DNA from: Scenedesmus sp. PABB004
Taxonomy: Eukaryota
Direction: 5' to 3'
Length of the DNA: 64,000 bases
Assembly: GCA_014905635.1 (NCBI GenBank)
Contig: CM026547.1
Location: 2,480,001 to 2,544,000, forward strand
Made by a program: the position numbers and the translations under genes. Shown piece by piece: positions 23,617 through 36,429 of this stretch (its first letter is position 1; each line of letters begins with the position of its first letter). Under the pieces are notes generated by a model that worked only from the letters and a program-made list of their open reading frames with translations, was not told where the DNA came from and searched no databases.

Positions 23617-26008
23617 TCAGGCGGTCAGCGGCTCCCGCGTCTCGGGGTCGAGCGTCGCGCCGGGCGCGCCGGTGCCGACGTCAATCTCGTTGCCAAACGC
23701 GCCCGCGCCGCCGCAGCCGGCGTCAATAAACTCCAGGCGCGCCGCCGCGTCGGGCGTCATCAGGTCGGCCCAGCTGCCGCGCAGCGCGCGCACGACCGAG
23801 AGCCACGCGCCCTGCACCCAGCCTGCGCCCAGCCGCCGGCGGCGGCGGCTGGTGAGGGCGCGCGGGCGGCCACGCGCGCGCCCCGCGCCGCAGGCCCCCC
23901 AGTGCTGCCGCCCCCTCAACAAGCACACCCACCTGTGTACTTGAGGCCCCATGCCTCGCCCACGAGCACGAGGCTTCGGTCGCCCGGCAGCGGCGCGGCC
24001 GCCCACGCCCCGACGCTCTCGGCCGTCGTGTTGTGCTTGGCGCCGGCAAAGGGCGCGAGGTAGTGCCAGCCGTCGCGCCAGACGTTGAACCAGTCGAGCG
24101 TTGGCTCGGGGATGGGCTCGTGCGGGAACATCGCGGAGAGCTGGCGCCGCACGGCGCGCCGCACGGCGGGCAGGCCGCCCGCCTCGTGCAGCGCCGCCCA
24201 CTGCGCGACGCAGACCAGGTCGGCGGCGTAGATGGGGCGGCTCGCGTTGCTCGCCCGGAAGTAGGGGTGCCCAGGGAACTCGCTGAAGATGGTGCAGCCC
24301 TCGTCGGTCTGGACCTGCGGCGCGGCCGGCGGCGGTGGCGCGCGCGCGAGCGTGTCGGCGCGCGCGCGCGCGCGGCTGGCTCGCGGCGGCGCGCGCAAGG
24401 CGTGTGCGCGGGGCTGGCGCCGCGCCTGCAGGTTCCAGTGCTCGTGCGCGATGTAGTCGTGCCAGAAGCGCCGCGGCCAGAACGCGTCGTACACGGCGAC
24501 GCTGATCGGGAGCACGTCGCCGACCACGGGGTGCGCCGCCAGCGCGGCGCCGACGTCGCCGCCGAGGCGGCGCACGTCGAGCGGGCCCGACGCAAACGCG
24601 AGGCGCTCCGCGGTGAACGCGCGCCCGCCCGCGGTCAGCGCGACGTAGCCGCGGCCCGCGGCGGCGCCGCCGGCGCCGCTGAAGCTCGACACGTTGGCGA
24701 GCGCCGAGGCGTTGGCGGGCGCCGAGGCGGCGGCGGGCGCCGAGGCGTTGGCGCGGTAGATGCAGGCGACCGGCTCGCCCGCAAAGAAGCGCACGCCGGC
24801 CGCCTCGCTGGCGTTGCGCAGGCGGGCCATGATCTCGGCCCAGCCGCCGTGCGGGATGAGCTCCCGCGCCGCGCGCTGGTTCTCCACCTGCGCGGCGGGC
24901 CCGGGCGCGCGGGGCGTGGGCGGCGGGCGGCGCGCGGCTGGCGCCGGGCGGCAGGCGGCGTGCGCGAGCAGCCAGCGCCGCGCGCGCCAGCCTGCCAGCC
25001 CGGCCAGCCGTCTGCTGCGCCCACCTTGAAGTGCTCGATGTAGGCGCAGACGTCGATCGGGACCTGGGCGGCGGCCGCGGCGCGGGCGGCGGCGGGGAGT
25101 CTCGGGGCGGGGCCTGACGCCAGGCCGCGCGGCCGGCGCGGCGCGCCCGCGCGGCGCGCGCCTCGAGGTCGGCCGGCTCCACGATGCCCGCGGCGAGCAG
25201 CGCGACCGCCTCTGAGCTGCCCAGCGCGGCCTCGAGGTACTCGCGCAGCGTGGCAAACTCGCCGCACCGCGTCGCCGGGTGCGGCGCGACGGTCTGGTTG
25301 GTGAGCGGGTTGACGGCGGTGGCCGCGAGCAGGGCAAAGGCCTGCAGGCGGTCGTCGATGTCGTCGACGTCGCCGCCCGCGGGGTTGACGTCAAAGACCG
25401 CGCCGTCGACCAGGAAGCCGGAGAGGTCGCGCCGCACCCAGCGCCCGCGCGCGCGCACGATGAAGTCATCGCGGCTCGTGTCGGAACTGACGTTGACCAG
25501 GTGCGCCAGGCAGCGCAGCTGCGCGGCGGGCCCGGGGCGGGCCCGGGGGCGGCCCGGCGCCGCGCTGTGCGGCGCGACGCGGCGCGCGCGGGCTGGTGCC
25601 GCCCCGCGCGGCGCGGCGTGGTGCCCGCCGCACCTCGTGCTGGCTCATCTCGATGCGCGCCGCGGCGGTGCCGACGCGTATCGGCTCCGCGCCGGGCGCG
25701 CCGGGCGCCGTCACGACCTGGAGCTTGCCGCCGAAGAAGGGCCGCGCCTCGACGACGCAGAGCGCGCCGCCGAGGTGCCGCGCGAGCCAGGCCGTCAGCA
25801 GGCCCCCCGCGCCGCCGCCCACGACCAGCACGCGGCAGGCCGTCGCGCCGGCGAGCGCCGCCGCCGGCGGCGCGGCGGGGCAGGGCGGCGGCGGCGCGCG
25901 CTGCGCCGGCGCGGCCTCGATCTGCTCCGCCGGCGTGGGCGACGCGCGCGGCGGCGGGACCGCCGCGGCGAGCGCCAGGGCGCAGAGGAGCAGCACCAGG
26001 CGCGCCAT
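23617..26008 (-). CDS. Secreted FAD-dependent (flavin amine oxidase family) oxidoreductase
   Basis: Signal peptide MARLVLLLCALALAAAV, Rossmann motif VLVVGGGAGGLLTA...VVEARPFFGGKL, IPHGGWAEIM, and C-terminal LVLVGEAWG..GWVQGAWLS. Confidence 0.85.
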
Positions 26009-26342
26009 TGTGTGCACGCCGTGTGTGCTGTGTGTGTGGGATCGGCGCCCCATGCAGCGGGGCGGTGTCTGTGCGCGGCGCGGCGCCCACCACGGCGGAG
26101 GCGCGGTCCGGCTGCGCGCTTCAGCGCGTGGTACCGGCGGCGCCGCCGCCGAACGCCCGCCGGCGCCCACCGCCGCGCGCGAGTACGGACACGCAGTCGC
26201 CACGCGCCGGCGACCCACGGCCGCCGCACGCCGCCGCGTCGCCCCAACCGCCGCGCAAAAATCGCCGCCCTCTGCTGCAGGCCAGCTCCGCGCTCGCCGA
26301 GCCCGCCAGCGATCGTCAATCGACGGCGCCACCTCTCCGGCC

Positions 26343-28270
26343 ATGGCAGCGATGCACCAGCAGCGCCGCGCCGGCTGCGCGGCGTCGCCCGCCGCCGCGC
26401 GGGCGCGCGCCCCGGCAAGCCTTGCGCCTCCTCTCGGCTGCGCCAGGCGCTGACGCCGCTTCGGGCGGAGGCGCACCCGGACGGCCGCCGCGCGAGGTGG
26501 GCAGCAGCGAGCGGCGGTTGGCGGCGCGGCTGCGCGCCCGCTGTGCTGCCGCTCCTCCGACCCGCCGCCGCCGCCCCCCCCCCCCGCCTCCAGGTACCTC
26601 ACCATCACCAGCAGCGGCTACGGCGCGCCGGCGCCGGCCAACAACGGCGACGCGCGCATCAAGGTCGTGGGCGTCGGCGGTGGCGGCGGCAACGCGCTCA
26701 ACCGCATGCTCCAGACCGGGCTGCAGGCGCGGCGGCGCGCGCGCGCGGCGGCGGCCCGCCCGGCCGCGTGCGGGGCCGCGACCGCCGCTGACGCCAGCGC
26801 CCCGGGGCCGCGCGCGCAGGGCGTCGAGTATTGGGCGATCAACACGGACGCGCAGGCGCTCGGGCACCACCCCTGCCCCAACCGCATGATCATCGGCAGC
26901 GAGGTCACGCGCGGCCTCGGCTGCGGCGGCGACCCCGCCATGGGGCGCGCCGCGGCGCTGGAGAGCGAGGACGGCATCCGGCAGGTGGTCTCTGGCGCAG
27001 ACCTGCTCTTTGTCACCGCCGGCATGGGCGGCGGCACCGGCACGGGCGCGGCGCCGGTCGTCGCGCAGATCAGCAAGGACGCCGGCGTGCTCACCGTGGG
27101 CGTGGTCACGTACCCGTTCAGCTTTGAGGGCCGCCGCCGCTGCAGCCAGGCGATCAAGGGCATCGAGGCGCTGCGCGGTGCGCGCCGCGCGCGCGCGTCG
27201 CCGCCGCCCCCGCGTGCGCGCCCGCCGCCCCTGCTCGCCCACGCCGCTGCCGCCGCTCGCTTGGCACTTGCCTCCGCGGTGCGCGGCCGCAGACTCTGTT
27301 GACAGCGTGATCGTCATCCCCAACGACAAGCTGCTCGAGGTCTCCGGCGAGGCGACGGCGCTGACCGACGGTGCGCGCGCCGTCGCCGCGGCGGCGCCGG
27401 CGCGGGCAGCCGGCTGCCCGCAGCCACCGCACGCGCGGCCGCTCTGCGCCGCTCTGCGCCGACGCCGCGCGCCCCGTTCCCCCGCGCCCCCTCCGGCCGC
27501 GCCGCCAGCGTTTGCGCTCGCGGACGACGTGCTGCGCCAGGGCGTGCAGGGCATCAGCGACATCATCACCGTGCCGGGGCTCATCAACGTCGACTTCGCA
27601 GACATCCGAACCATCCTCACCAACTCCGGCACCGCCATGCTCGGCGTCGGCTGCGCGAGCGGCCCGTCGCGCGCGGAGCAGGCGGCCCTGGCCGCCGTGA
27701 GCGCGCCGCTCATCCAGCAGAGCGTGGAGCGCGCGACAGGTCCGCGCGCGCGGGGCCGCCGGGGCGGGGGGGGGGGGGGGGCGCCCAGCGGGCCGGCCAG
27801 CCCGCCCCGGCGCGGCCTGGCGTCACCCGCGCCACCCGCCGTCGCGCGCCGCGCACAAAACGCCAGGCATCGTGTTCAACATCACCGGCGGGCGGGACAT
27901 GACGCTGAGCGAGGTCAACCGCGTTAGCCAGGTCGTCACGGGCCTGGCCGACCCCGCCGCAAACATCATCTTCGGCGCCGTCGTCGACGACAGCTTCGCC
28001 GGCGAGCTCGCCGTGACTATCGTTGCGACAGGGTTCAGTCAGAGCGTGGAGGAGGAGCTGTTCGGCGCGGCCGACGCGGGCGCCAAGCGCCGCGGCGGCG
28101 CGCGCGTCCGCGCCGGCGCAGCGGCCGCGGCTGCGCCGGCGGCGGCGCCCGCGCCCGCGCCGGCCGGCGACTACGACGACGAGCCGCCCGCGGCGGCGGC
28201 GTGGGGCCGGCAGCCCCGCGCGCAGGAGGCGCCGCGCAAGAGCAACTTCTTCGGCCGGAACCTGTTCTAA
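26343..28270 (+). CDS. ftsZ1: Plastid division protein FtsZ (FtsZ1 type)
   Basis: IKVVGVGGGGGNA, GVEYWAINTDAQAL, tubulin signature AGMGGGTGTGAAP, PFSFEGRRR, GLINVDFAD and NIIFGAVVD. It has a transit peptide and lacks the FtsZ2 C-terminal core motif. Confidence 0.95.
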
Positions 28271-28604
28271 TCGCGCGCGGCTGGCGGGGGCCGGCGGGGA
28301 GCGATCTGGGGCGCTGAGCTGCCTGTTCAGCGCAGGGCGCGCGGGGGGAGATGTAGCCAGAGGCAGCGCGCGCGCCCTGCCGCAGCAATGCGGCGGCCGC
28401 GCGGGCGCGGGCGCGTGACACCGAGCGGGGCTTGTGTGGTGGGCTGCGCGGGGGTGCGGCGGCGGGTGTGCGGCGGCGGGCCAGCCTGACTGCGGCGCAG
28501 CCGGGTGACGACGTGTGCGGCGGCCCTCGGGACACGCGCGCGGCCGGCGCGGTTGCCAGCCAGGCCCGGCCCTGCTGCAGCGCCGCACAGCCGCCGGCGC
28601 GCGC

Positions 28605-30207
28605 TCACACCGCCGAGTCGGCGAGCGCGGCCGCCTCGTCCGACCACTGCGACGACACGTTGGACGTCTGCCCCTCGAGCCCCGCTGCGCCGTCGAGCTC
28701 GGCGCCCGAGCACTGCGTCAGCAGCGCGGCGGCGCCGAGGTTCCACGCCACGAGGCCGCCGCTCGTCGCGGCGACGGCGAGGGACCAGGTGTAGGGCGAG
28801 AAAAACTCCTCCGGCGCCGCCTCCTCCTCATACACAAAGCGCAGCTCCGGCAGCGCCTTGAGCCGGTCGCCGCGCCAGCCCGCCGCAAAGCCCTGCACCA
28901 GCTCCAGCACGCGCGCCACGCTCCAGTCGGCCTGGCCCTCGGGCGCGGCGGCGCCGCCGCCGCCGCCGGGGCCCGCGCTGACGGCGTCGAGGCGGGCATT
29001 GAAGTAGGCGATGACCGCCTCCAGGTTGTCCACCAGCTCCGCGATGCCCGCCTGCCCCCGCAGCGCGGCAAAGACGTCCTGCTTGTGCAGCAGCGCGTAG
29101 ACGAGCTCCGGGTTGCGCCCCAGGTTGAGGCAGAGCGCGACGTTGACCACGTCCAGCAGGATGCGCAGGAAGTCGCCCAGCACCTGGCGCGGGGGTGGTG
29201 GGCGCGCGTGTGCGTGTGTGCGTGTGTGCGTGTGTGCGTGTGTGTGTGTGTGATGGGGGGAGGGAGGAGGCGGGCGGCAAGCGGGTGCGCGCGCGCAGCC
29301 GCGCGCGCCCTGCGGCCGGCCGCGCACCTGGATGTCCTGCGGCGGCGTCGACAGGCCGCCCGCGTGCGCCGCCTGGCTGAGCTTCAGCCAGCGCCGCGCC
29401 AGCAGCGCCGTCAGGCCGACGAGGCGCTGCGCCGCGTGGCTGTGCAGCCCGCTGACCTGCGCGGCGCAGCGGCGGCGGCGGCGGGGCTCGGGCGCGTGCG
29501 GCGGCGCGGTGGGCTCGCCGCGCGCGCGTGCGTCGCACCTGCGGCGCCAGGTTGGCCAGCGCGGCCAGCGTATTGGTGGGCAGGAAGAGGTCCTGCAGCT
29601 GGCCAACGTTCTGGTGCGCCGTCCTGCGAGCGCGGGTCCGCGAGTCGGCGCGGCGGCGCTGGCGCGGTGCGGCGCTGCGGCGCCGCCGCGGCCGCCGCGG
29701 CCCCGGCCGCCAGCCGCACCGCAGCAGCACCACGAACACGAGGCTGCCCAGGGTGATGCGGCTGAGCTGGCGCTCCTTGTACCAGCTCACGCCGCCAGGC
29801 AGCACGACCTTGTGGATGTTGTGGCTGAACGACGTGTCCTGGCTCAGGATGAGCACGATGATCTGATGACGGCCAGGCGCATAGGCCAGCGGGGCGGCGG
29901 GCAGCGGGGCGGCGTCGGAGCGGCGCGCGCGCGGGCGGGCGCGTGCCGCTGGCGCGGCCTCGCTCCCCGCGCGGGCAGGGCAGGGCAGCGGTGGCCCCGC
30001 GGCGGCGCGGCGCCGCCGCCGGCGAGGAGGCGCGCCTGCAGCATGTAGAGGTGGTTTGCGCGGCGCTTGCTGGCGCGGTAGAGCGCGGAGAGCACGGGCA
30101 GCAGCAGCGCCTCGGGGTCGCTGCGCACGAGCACATAGTCCTGGAAGCTGCGGCTGCCGTGCAGCAGCGTGTAGAGCAGCAGCGTCGACGCCTCGCCCTG
30201 GGGCCCT

Positions 30208-30253
<46 letters not shown>

Positions 30254-31732
30254 GCCTCGGCGGCGGGCGGCCCGCGGGGCCCTGGCCTCTCCCCGCGCGC
30301 AGCAGCCGGCGTGCGGCGCGCCCCTCCTTCCTCCCGCACGCAGCAGCCTGCGGCGGCGCGCCCCTGCGCGCACCTGGCGCCGCGAAGAAGTCGTACAGGC
30401 GGGCAAAGCTGATGCTGGGCGCGCCGCCCGCCGCCGCGCTCGCGCGCGCGCCGCCGCCGCCCTCCGCGTCGCCGCCGGGCTCGTCCTGCAGGCGCGCGAG
30501 GCCGTCGCGCACGCCGTTGGCGAGGCCCGCGTGGTGGGCCGGGTAGTTCACCAGCACGAGCAGCAGCGACAGGCTCAGCTCGCCCAGCGGGCTCGGCGGG
30601 CCGCCGCCCGGCGCGGGGCCGTGGCGCAGGATGAAGTGGTACGTCCGCAGCGGCAGCCACAGCACGCTCGCTGCGGTGCAGGCGGCACGGGGACGCGGCG
30701 CGGCGGCAACGTCGGTGCGGTGCCGCGCGGCGCTGCGCACGCGCGCCGCCGCCACCCCCACGCCGCGCCGCGCTGCGCCGCGCCGCACCCGCCGCGGTGC
30801 GCACGAGGCGCATCACGCTCGTGCCGCCGCCGGGCGCGGGCGCGTGCAGCGCGAGCTTGGGCGGCAGCGGCGCGCGCGCCACGACGAGGCGCAGCAGCGC
30901 GCCCGCGAGCGCCGCCGCGCTCTGCTCCTGCTCCATGAGCGCCTCCAGCAGCGGCTGGCTGCCCAGCGGCGCGGCCGTCTGCTGCGAGTAGAGCTGCGTC
31001 GACGCGCACACCAGCAGCAGCAGCACCGCCTCCAGCAGCACCAGGTAGCTCACCTCATCCCTGCGCCGCGGCGGCGCGCGGCGCCGGCTGAGCGGCCGCG
31101 GCCGCGCCTGCCGCTGCCACGCCGGCGTGCGGCGGGCGCCGGCGCCCCGCGGCCGTGCGCCGCCGCACGCACTGAGGCTGCAGGTTGCAGATGAGCAGCA
31201 CCAGCCGGTTCACGAGCAGCGGCAGCAGCGACGGCTGGCCTGCGGCGCGGCGGCGGCCTGGGCGCCGCGCCCGGCGGCGGCGGCGGCGGCGGCGCCGCCG
31301 CGCGGCGCGGCGGCGCGCCGCGCGCGCACCCTGCACCGCGGGCGGCAGGTTTGGCGCGACCTCAAAGGCGATGGCCAGCGAGGCGGGGCTGCAGTTCTCG
31401 ATGATGTACTTGACCACCAGCCCCACGACGCGCAGCGCGTTGGCGACGCCCACGCTCGGCCGCCCGCTCTGCGCCGCCGCGACGAGGTCGAGCGCGCGCA
31501 GCAGCAGCTTCTGGAAGTTGTGCGTGAGCGGGTTGTGCACCACGAGCGACGCGCAGTGCGGCGCGAGCGCCGCCGCGACGCGGGCGGGGTCCTCGCGCGC
31601 GAGCGGGGAGGGCCAGCTGAAGATGCCGTCAAAGAGCACCGCGCCGGCGTCGACGTCCTCGGGCCCCGCCAGCCGCGCCAGCAGCTCCTCGTGCGCCGCA
31701 AACGCCGCCGCGCTGCTCTGGCCGGCGCCCAT
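28605..31732 (-). CDS. DYM: Dymeclin (Golgi protein)
   Basis: Myristoylation-type start MGAGQS, SPLGELSLSLLLVL, TLLLYTLLHG..FQDYVLVRSD, YMLQIIVLILSQD, WYKERQL..ITLGSL, TNTLAALANL, NPELVYALLH and LRFVYEEE..PEEFFSPYTW. Confidence 0.94.
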
Positions 31733-32381
31733 CGCGGCGGCGCGGGGCCGCGCGGCGCCGAAGGGGCCCCCCCCCCCGCGGGGGACAGCGCGGCGCGCTG
31801 CGCCCGCCGCTGCCGGCCGCGCGGCGCGCGCGCCGGCGGCGCCGCGCCGCGCAGCAGCTGCCGCCGCCGGCCGCCGCGGACGGCAGGGGCGCTGCGGCCC
31901 AGGCGGGCGCCGGCGGCGCCGGCGGGAGCTGCGCTGCGGCGCGCAGCAGCTGCGGCGCCCGGGGCGCGGCGCTGCGCGGCGCGGCGCGCCGGCGGGGCGG
32001 TGCGCCCGGCTGCGGGCGGCACGGAGGTCGAGGCTCCCGGATCGGGCGCGGGCGCGGCTGGAGCTGGGGCGCCTCGCGCGGGCGTCTGCGCGGGCGCGCG
32101 GCACGGGGTCCCGGGAGTCGACGGCGGGGCGTGCCTTGCGCGGGGCAGGAGGTCGGTGGTGTGCCCGGGATGGCCGCAGGGCGCTGCGGCGGCGCAGCGC
32201 GGCGGCGCGTCAAAAACAACAACGGCGGCGGCCTCCCGCGCGCCCCCTGGCCTCCGCAGCTGCTGCGCCGACCGCACACCGCCCGCAGCCGCGCGCCCGC
32301 ACGCACCGCAGCGACCTCTCCGACCGCTCCGCCAGACAGCGCGCGGCGCCGCGCCGCTGCCCGCCCGAGTCAACCGCGGCG

Positions 32382-32608
32382 ATGGCGGGTCCGCCCGACG
32401 GCGAGCTGGAGGAGCTGGTGCGGGCCAACATCCAGGAGGTGCTGGCGGCGGTCGCCGCGGTCGCGCCGGCGGCGGAGCCCGCGGCGGCGAGGTCGGCGCG
32501 CGCGGCGCGGCCGGCCGCGCGCGGCGGCACCGCCGGCGGCGCCTGCGCCGCCCCCCTCACCGCCGCCGCCGCTGCCCCGGGCTCCAGCAGCAGGCAGCTG
32601 CAGGAACC

Positions 32609-32652
<44 letters not shown>

Positions 32653-33643
32653 CGCAGCAGCAGCCGGCAGGGGGCGGCGATGGCAGCGCACGCAGCGGCG
32701 GCGCGGACGCGCTGCTCGAGCTGCCGGCCGGCGCGGAGGCGCGGCTGCTGCGGGCACGCGTGCGCAGCCTGGAGGAGCAGCTGGCACTCGCCATGGCGCT
32801 TAACCAGGAGAAGGACGCGGAGCTGGTCGCGGCGCAGCGCCAGGCGCGCCTGGCGTCGCAGAAGGAGGCCGCCGGCGGGAAGCAGCACAAGGCGCTCGAG
32901 GCGCAGGCGCGTGCGCGCGCGGCGCCGCAGCCGGTGCACGCGCACGGGGCGCGCAGCGGCACAGGCCGGGCGCGACGCGCGACGTGCGACGCGCGACGCG
33001 CGCGCAGGTGGAGCGGCATAAGCGCGCCGCCGAGGCGGCGCGCCAGGCGCTGGCGGCCAAGGAGCAGCAGCTGAAGCAGCTCAGCCAGGACGCGGCCAAG
33101 GTCGACAAGGACAGGTGCGGGCGGGGCGGCCAGGGAGCGGCGGCCGGCGGCGGCACGGTGGGCGCGGCGCGGCGCGGCGTCGGAGCAGCCCGCGGGGGAC
33201 TCGCGCGCGCGCGCCCGCGTCACGCGCCGCAGGCACGCGGCCGAGGCGGAGACGCGCGCACGCGACGTGCGGCTGCAGCGCGCGGTGGAGGAGGTGGAGA
33301 AGTACAAGGCGCTGCTGCTGGAGGTCAAGTCGCGGGTGCGCCGCGCGCGTGCCCCCACGGCGCCGCGGGCAGCCCCCGGCGGCGGCGGGGCTGAGCGCCC
33401 ACGCCGCGGCCGCGGCGCGCGCCGCAGGGCGCGGAGGTGAAGGACGCGGCGCGCAGCGACCACGCGAGGGCGCTGGGCGAGGTGGAGCGGCTGGAGCGGC
33501 AGAAGGGCGAGCTGGTGGGCGTGCTGCGCAAGCAGGCCAAGCTCATCGACGTGCTGCGCCGCCAGCGCGCGCACCTCGAAGCCGCGCGGCTGCTGGCGTT
33601 CACGGAGGAGGAGTTCCTGCGAACCCTGGACACCGGGGCGTGA
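32382..33643 (+). CDS. TEX9: Testis-expressed protein 9-like coiled-coil protein
   Basis: [16 protein letters not shown] and C-terminal [35 protein letters not shown], which is characteristic of TEX9. Confidence 0.88.
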
Positions 33644-33659
33644 GAAAGCGACGCGTGGG

Positions 33660-33664
33660 TTACA
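33660..33664 (-). promoter_or_regulatory. TGTAA polyadenylation signal, probably for the CCDC90-like gene
   Basis: ttaca on the + strand, about 315 nt downstream of the stop at 33978. Confidence 0.5.
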
Positions 33665-33977
33665 GCCAGCCGCCGGTGAGCGCGCACACCCCAGGAAGGC
33701 CCCCGCCCGCATCAGTGCAGCCGCCGCAGGGTTCGTTGGTCGCGCGCCGCGCGGTCCGATCGAGTCCCCGTCCGCTGCGCAGGCCGTAGTCAGTGCGCGA
33801 GCTGGCCGCCGCGCGACGGCCCGCCCGCTCCCCTCACTCGGCCCCCCACAGTGCCCGCCAGCGGTGGGCCGCGGGCCGCCGCCCACCGCTCGCCCGCCGC
33901 TGGCGGCAGCGGCGGGCGGCCCCCGTCGCAGCGCCGGCGGCCGCCGCTCGCGGGAATCCCTCGTAACGTCGGCGCGT

Positions 33978-35096
33978 TCACATCGTGGCCATGAGCCGCG
34001 TGATGGTGAAGGCGATGGCGCTGAAAGTTCCCATGATGGCGATGGTGCTCTTGATGACGTCGTTCTTGGCCTTCTCCATGCCCGCGCGGATGTCGTTCAC
34101 CTCCTGCGCGCGCACACGCGGCGTCACACGCGCGGCGTCACAAGCGCTCGCGCCCGCTCCCGCGCTGCGCGGCGCGGGTGCCGCCGCGCTCGCCGCTGAG
34201 CGCCGGTGCGGCGCACCCGGTCCAGCTTGATCTCCAGCTCGACCGACTTGTCCCGCATCTGCTGCAGGTCGTCGCGCATGCGCCTGCCGCGGCGCGCGGC
34301 GAGCGAGTCTGCGCCGGAAGAGCGGCGCCCCGGCGCGCGCGCGCGCTGCCCGCGTGCCGCGCCGCGCCGCGCCGCCGCGGCCGCGCTCACCCCTTCTCGA
34401 GGTTGAGGTCGAGGCGCTGGCTGGCGGAGAGCTTGTCGATCTCGTGCCGCACCTCGCTGCGCATCTTGTCCAGGTAGTTCTGCTGCCGCTCCAGGTCCTT
34501 CTGCAGCGTCGCGAGGTGCATGTCCTGCTTCTGGATGAGCTCCGCCTTGAAGCCGCCGATGCGCGCGTCCTGCTCGAGCATGGCCTGCGGCGGCGGCGGC
34601 CGCCACGCCCAGGGTCAGGCCGCGCGCCGCCGGCGGCGCCGCTGCGCTCGGGGTCGGGCCGCGCGCCGGCGGCGCCGCCGCTGCGCCCGGGGCCGCCGCC
34701 GCACCTTCTCCAGCTCCACGCGCGCCGTGAACTTTTCCGACAGCCGCATGCGGTCCAGCACCACCTGCTCCGTGAGGTGCCGCGTCAGCTTCTCAGCCTG
34801 CTCGCGCGAGAGGCCGATCGACTCAAACTGCTTCGTCTGCGGCGGCGGTCGCGGCGCGCCGGCGTCGGCGCGCGCGCCGCAGCGCGCGCCCGCAGCGGCC
34901 GCTGCGGGCGCGCCGGGCGCCGCGCCTGCGCCAGCGTGTCGACCACCACGGTGCGCTCGATCGCCTCCTGCGTCGGGCCGGTCGCAAACGCGCGGCGCAG
35001 CAGCAGCGCCACGCACGGCGCCAGCGCGCCGGCGCCCGGCGCCTGCCCTGCTGCGGCGGCGACAGCGGCGGCGCCCGCTGCCCGCAGCAGGGCCAT
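33978..35096 (-). CDS. Mitochondrial CCDC90/MCUR1/FMP32 (DUF1640) family protein
   Basis: Mitochondrial presequence ending RRAFAT, VVDTLAQ..FESIGLSREQAE, EIDKLSASQRLDLNLEKGRMRD, and C-terminal TM after EKAKNDVIK. Confidence 0.9.
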
Positions 35097-36429
35097 GGGG
35101 GCGGCGCGTCCGCAGCCGCTGCGAGAGTGGTCCGGGAACGGGCCTGCTGTTGCCGGCGAGATGGCCTGCCCCGCGCCACCCGGGCTCCCGGCCCCCTCGC
35201 AGGGTGTCACGGGCGGGAGGGTGGGGCTCCTGGCCACCTCGCTGGATGGGGCTGGCGCTCGGGCGGCGGGGGGGGGCGGCGGCGGGAGGCGGCGGCGGAG
35301 CTGCTCCGCTATTGTCGCGCACGCCTGGCGGTCCGGCCTTGGGTGGTGGCGACGCGAGGAGGAGCGTGTGCGGCGGTGGAGCTCTGCAGCGCAGCGGCGG
35401 CTGTGGCGCTGCGGCGGCTGTGGCGCTGCGGCGGCGCGCGTCTCGGGGCCTCGCGGGGTTACGCCCGGCCCGTGTCGCGCACAGCGCGCCGCCCAGTCCC
35501 TGGTGCTTCTGCAGCACCTCGGCAATCCCTCGTCGAGAATTATGCACACATGCAGCCACCCTGATCACGCTGCCCAGAACGCTCGCGCGGTAAACACGGG
35601 GGCGGGCGCGCGGGAGCGCGGGGGGCGCTCGGACCGCGCAGCCCGCCCTGCACGCTGCTGCTGCGGGGCTCGCGGATGTCGATGCATCAGAGGGAGAGAG
35701 GGACCACACCGCGACCGCAGCGCGGTGCGATGCAGGTTCAGTGCGTGTGTGTGCACGCGCCCCGTGTCGTGTGTGTGTGTGCGGCGTCCAAACGCCCCTG
35801 CCGCAGAGATTCTTCTTCTTCCTTTCTCATGCATGTGGCTAGGGAAGAGTGCGCCCCACGCAGCCGCGCCCGTGCGTTCAGCGCGCGCGCCCGGCGGCTG
35901 CGCCCGCCCTCGTGGGGGCGGGCAGGGCCGAGCACGGGCGCGCGCGCGTGCACTCGAGCGGGGGAGTCTTCTCCGCGCGCAAGAAAGAGAAAGAGACCAG
36001 CCTCTCCCACCCGCACCCCCACCCGCACACCCGTGCGTGCGTCAGCAAACTACAACTCCCCCAAACGAGCAAGCGACGTCAGTTGGCCCCCTTATTTGGA
36101 GACCGTGGTCTTATCATGGAGTTTGCCAAAATCTCTCTGTCGACTCCTGCGCTGACCGGCGCAGCGGCTGCTGCTGCGCCGGCCGAGGATCCGGGTGCGA
36201 GAGGACACCGTTGGCGCCGCGCGCGCCGGCGACCGCAGGCGCGCGGCGCGCCGCCATTGGGCGGCGCACGCGGCCAGCGCGCGCGGCGCGGCGCCGCGGA
36301 TCCCTGCCTGGCCTGGCCGCCCTAAGCGGGGCGCCCCGGGGGGCGCCCCGGGGGGCGCCCCGCGTCAACACCGGCGGCGGGGCGCGCGCGCGCGCACGCG
36401 GCCCCGGCCGCGGAAGGCGGCGAGCTCGC

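Noticed and set aside
26343..28270. FtsZ, argC and rps18 as evidence of bacterial DNA or recent HGT
   Set aside because: All have spliceosomal introns and organelle targeting peptides, so they are ordinary endosymbiont-derived nuclear genes.
34610..34695. ~40-bp tandem duplication in a CCDC90 intron
   Set aside because: Low-complexity local slippage with no evidence of function.
36327..36362. Tandem ggggcgcccc palindromes; also (GC)n runs and poly-G/poly-C tracts in introns
   Set aside because: Short GC-only palindromes and runs are expected at this composition and are ubiquitous in the introns here.
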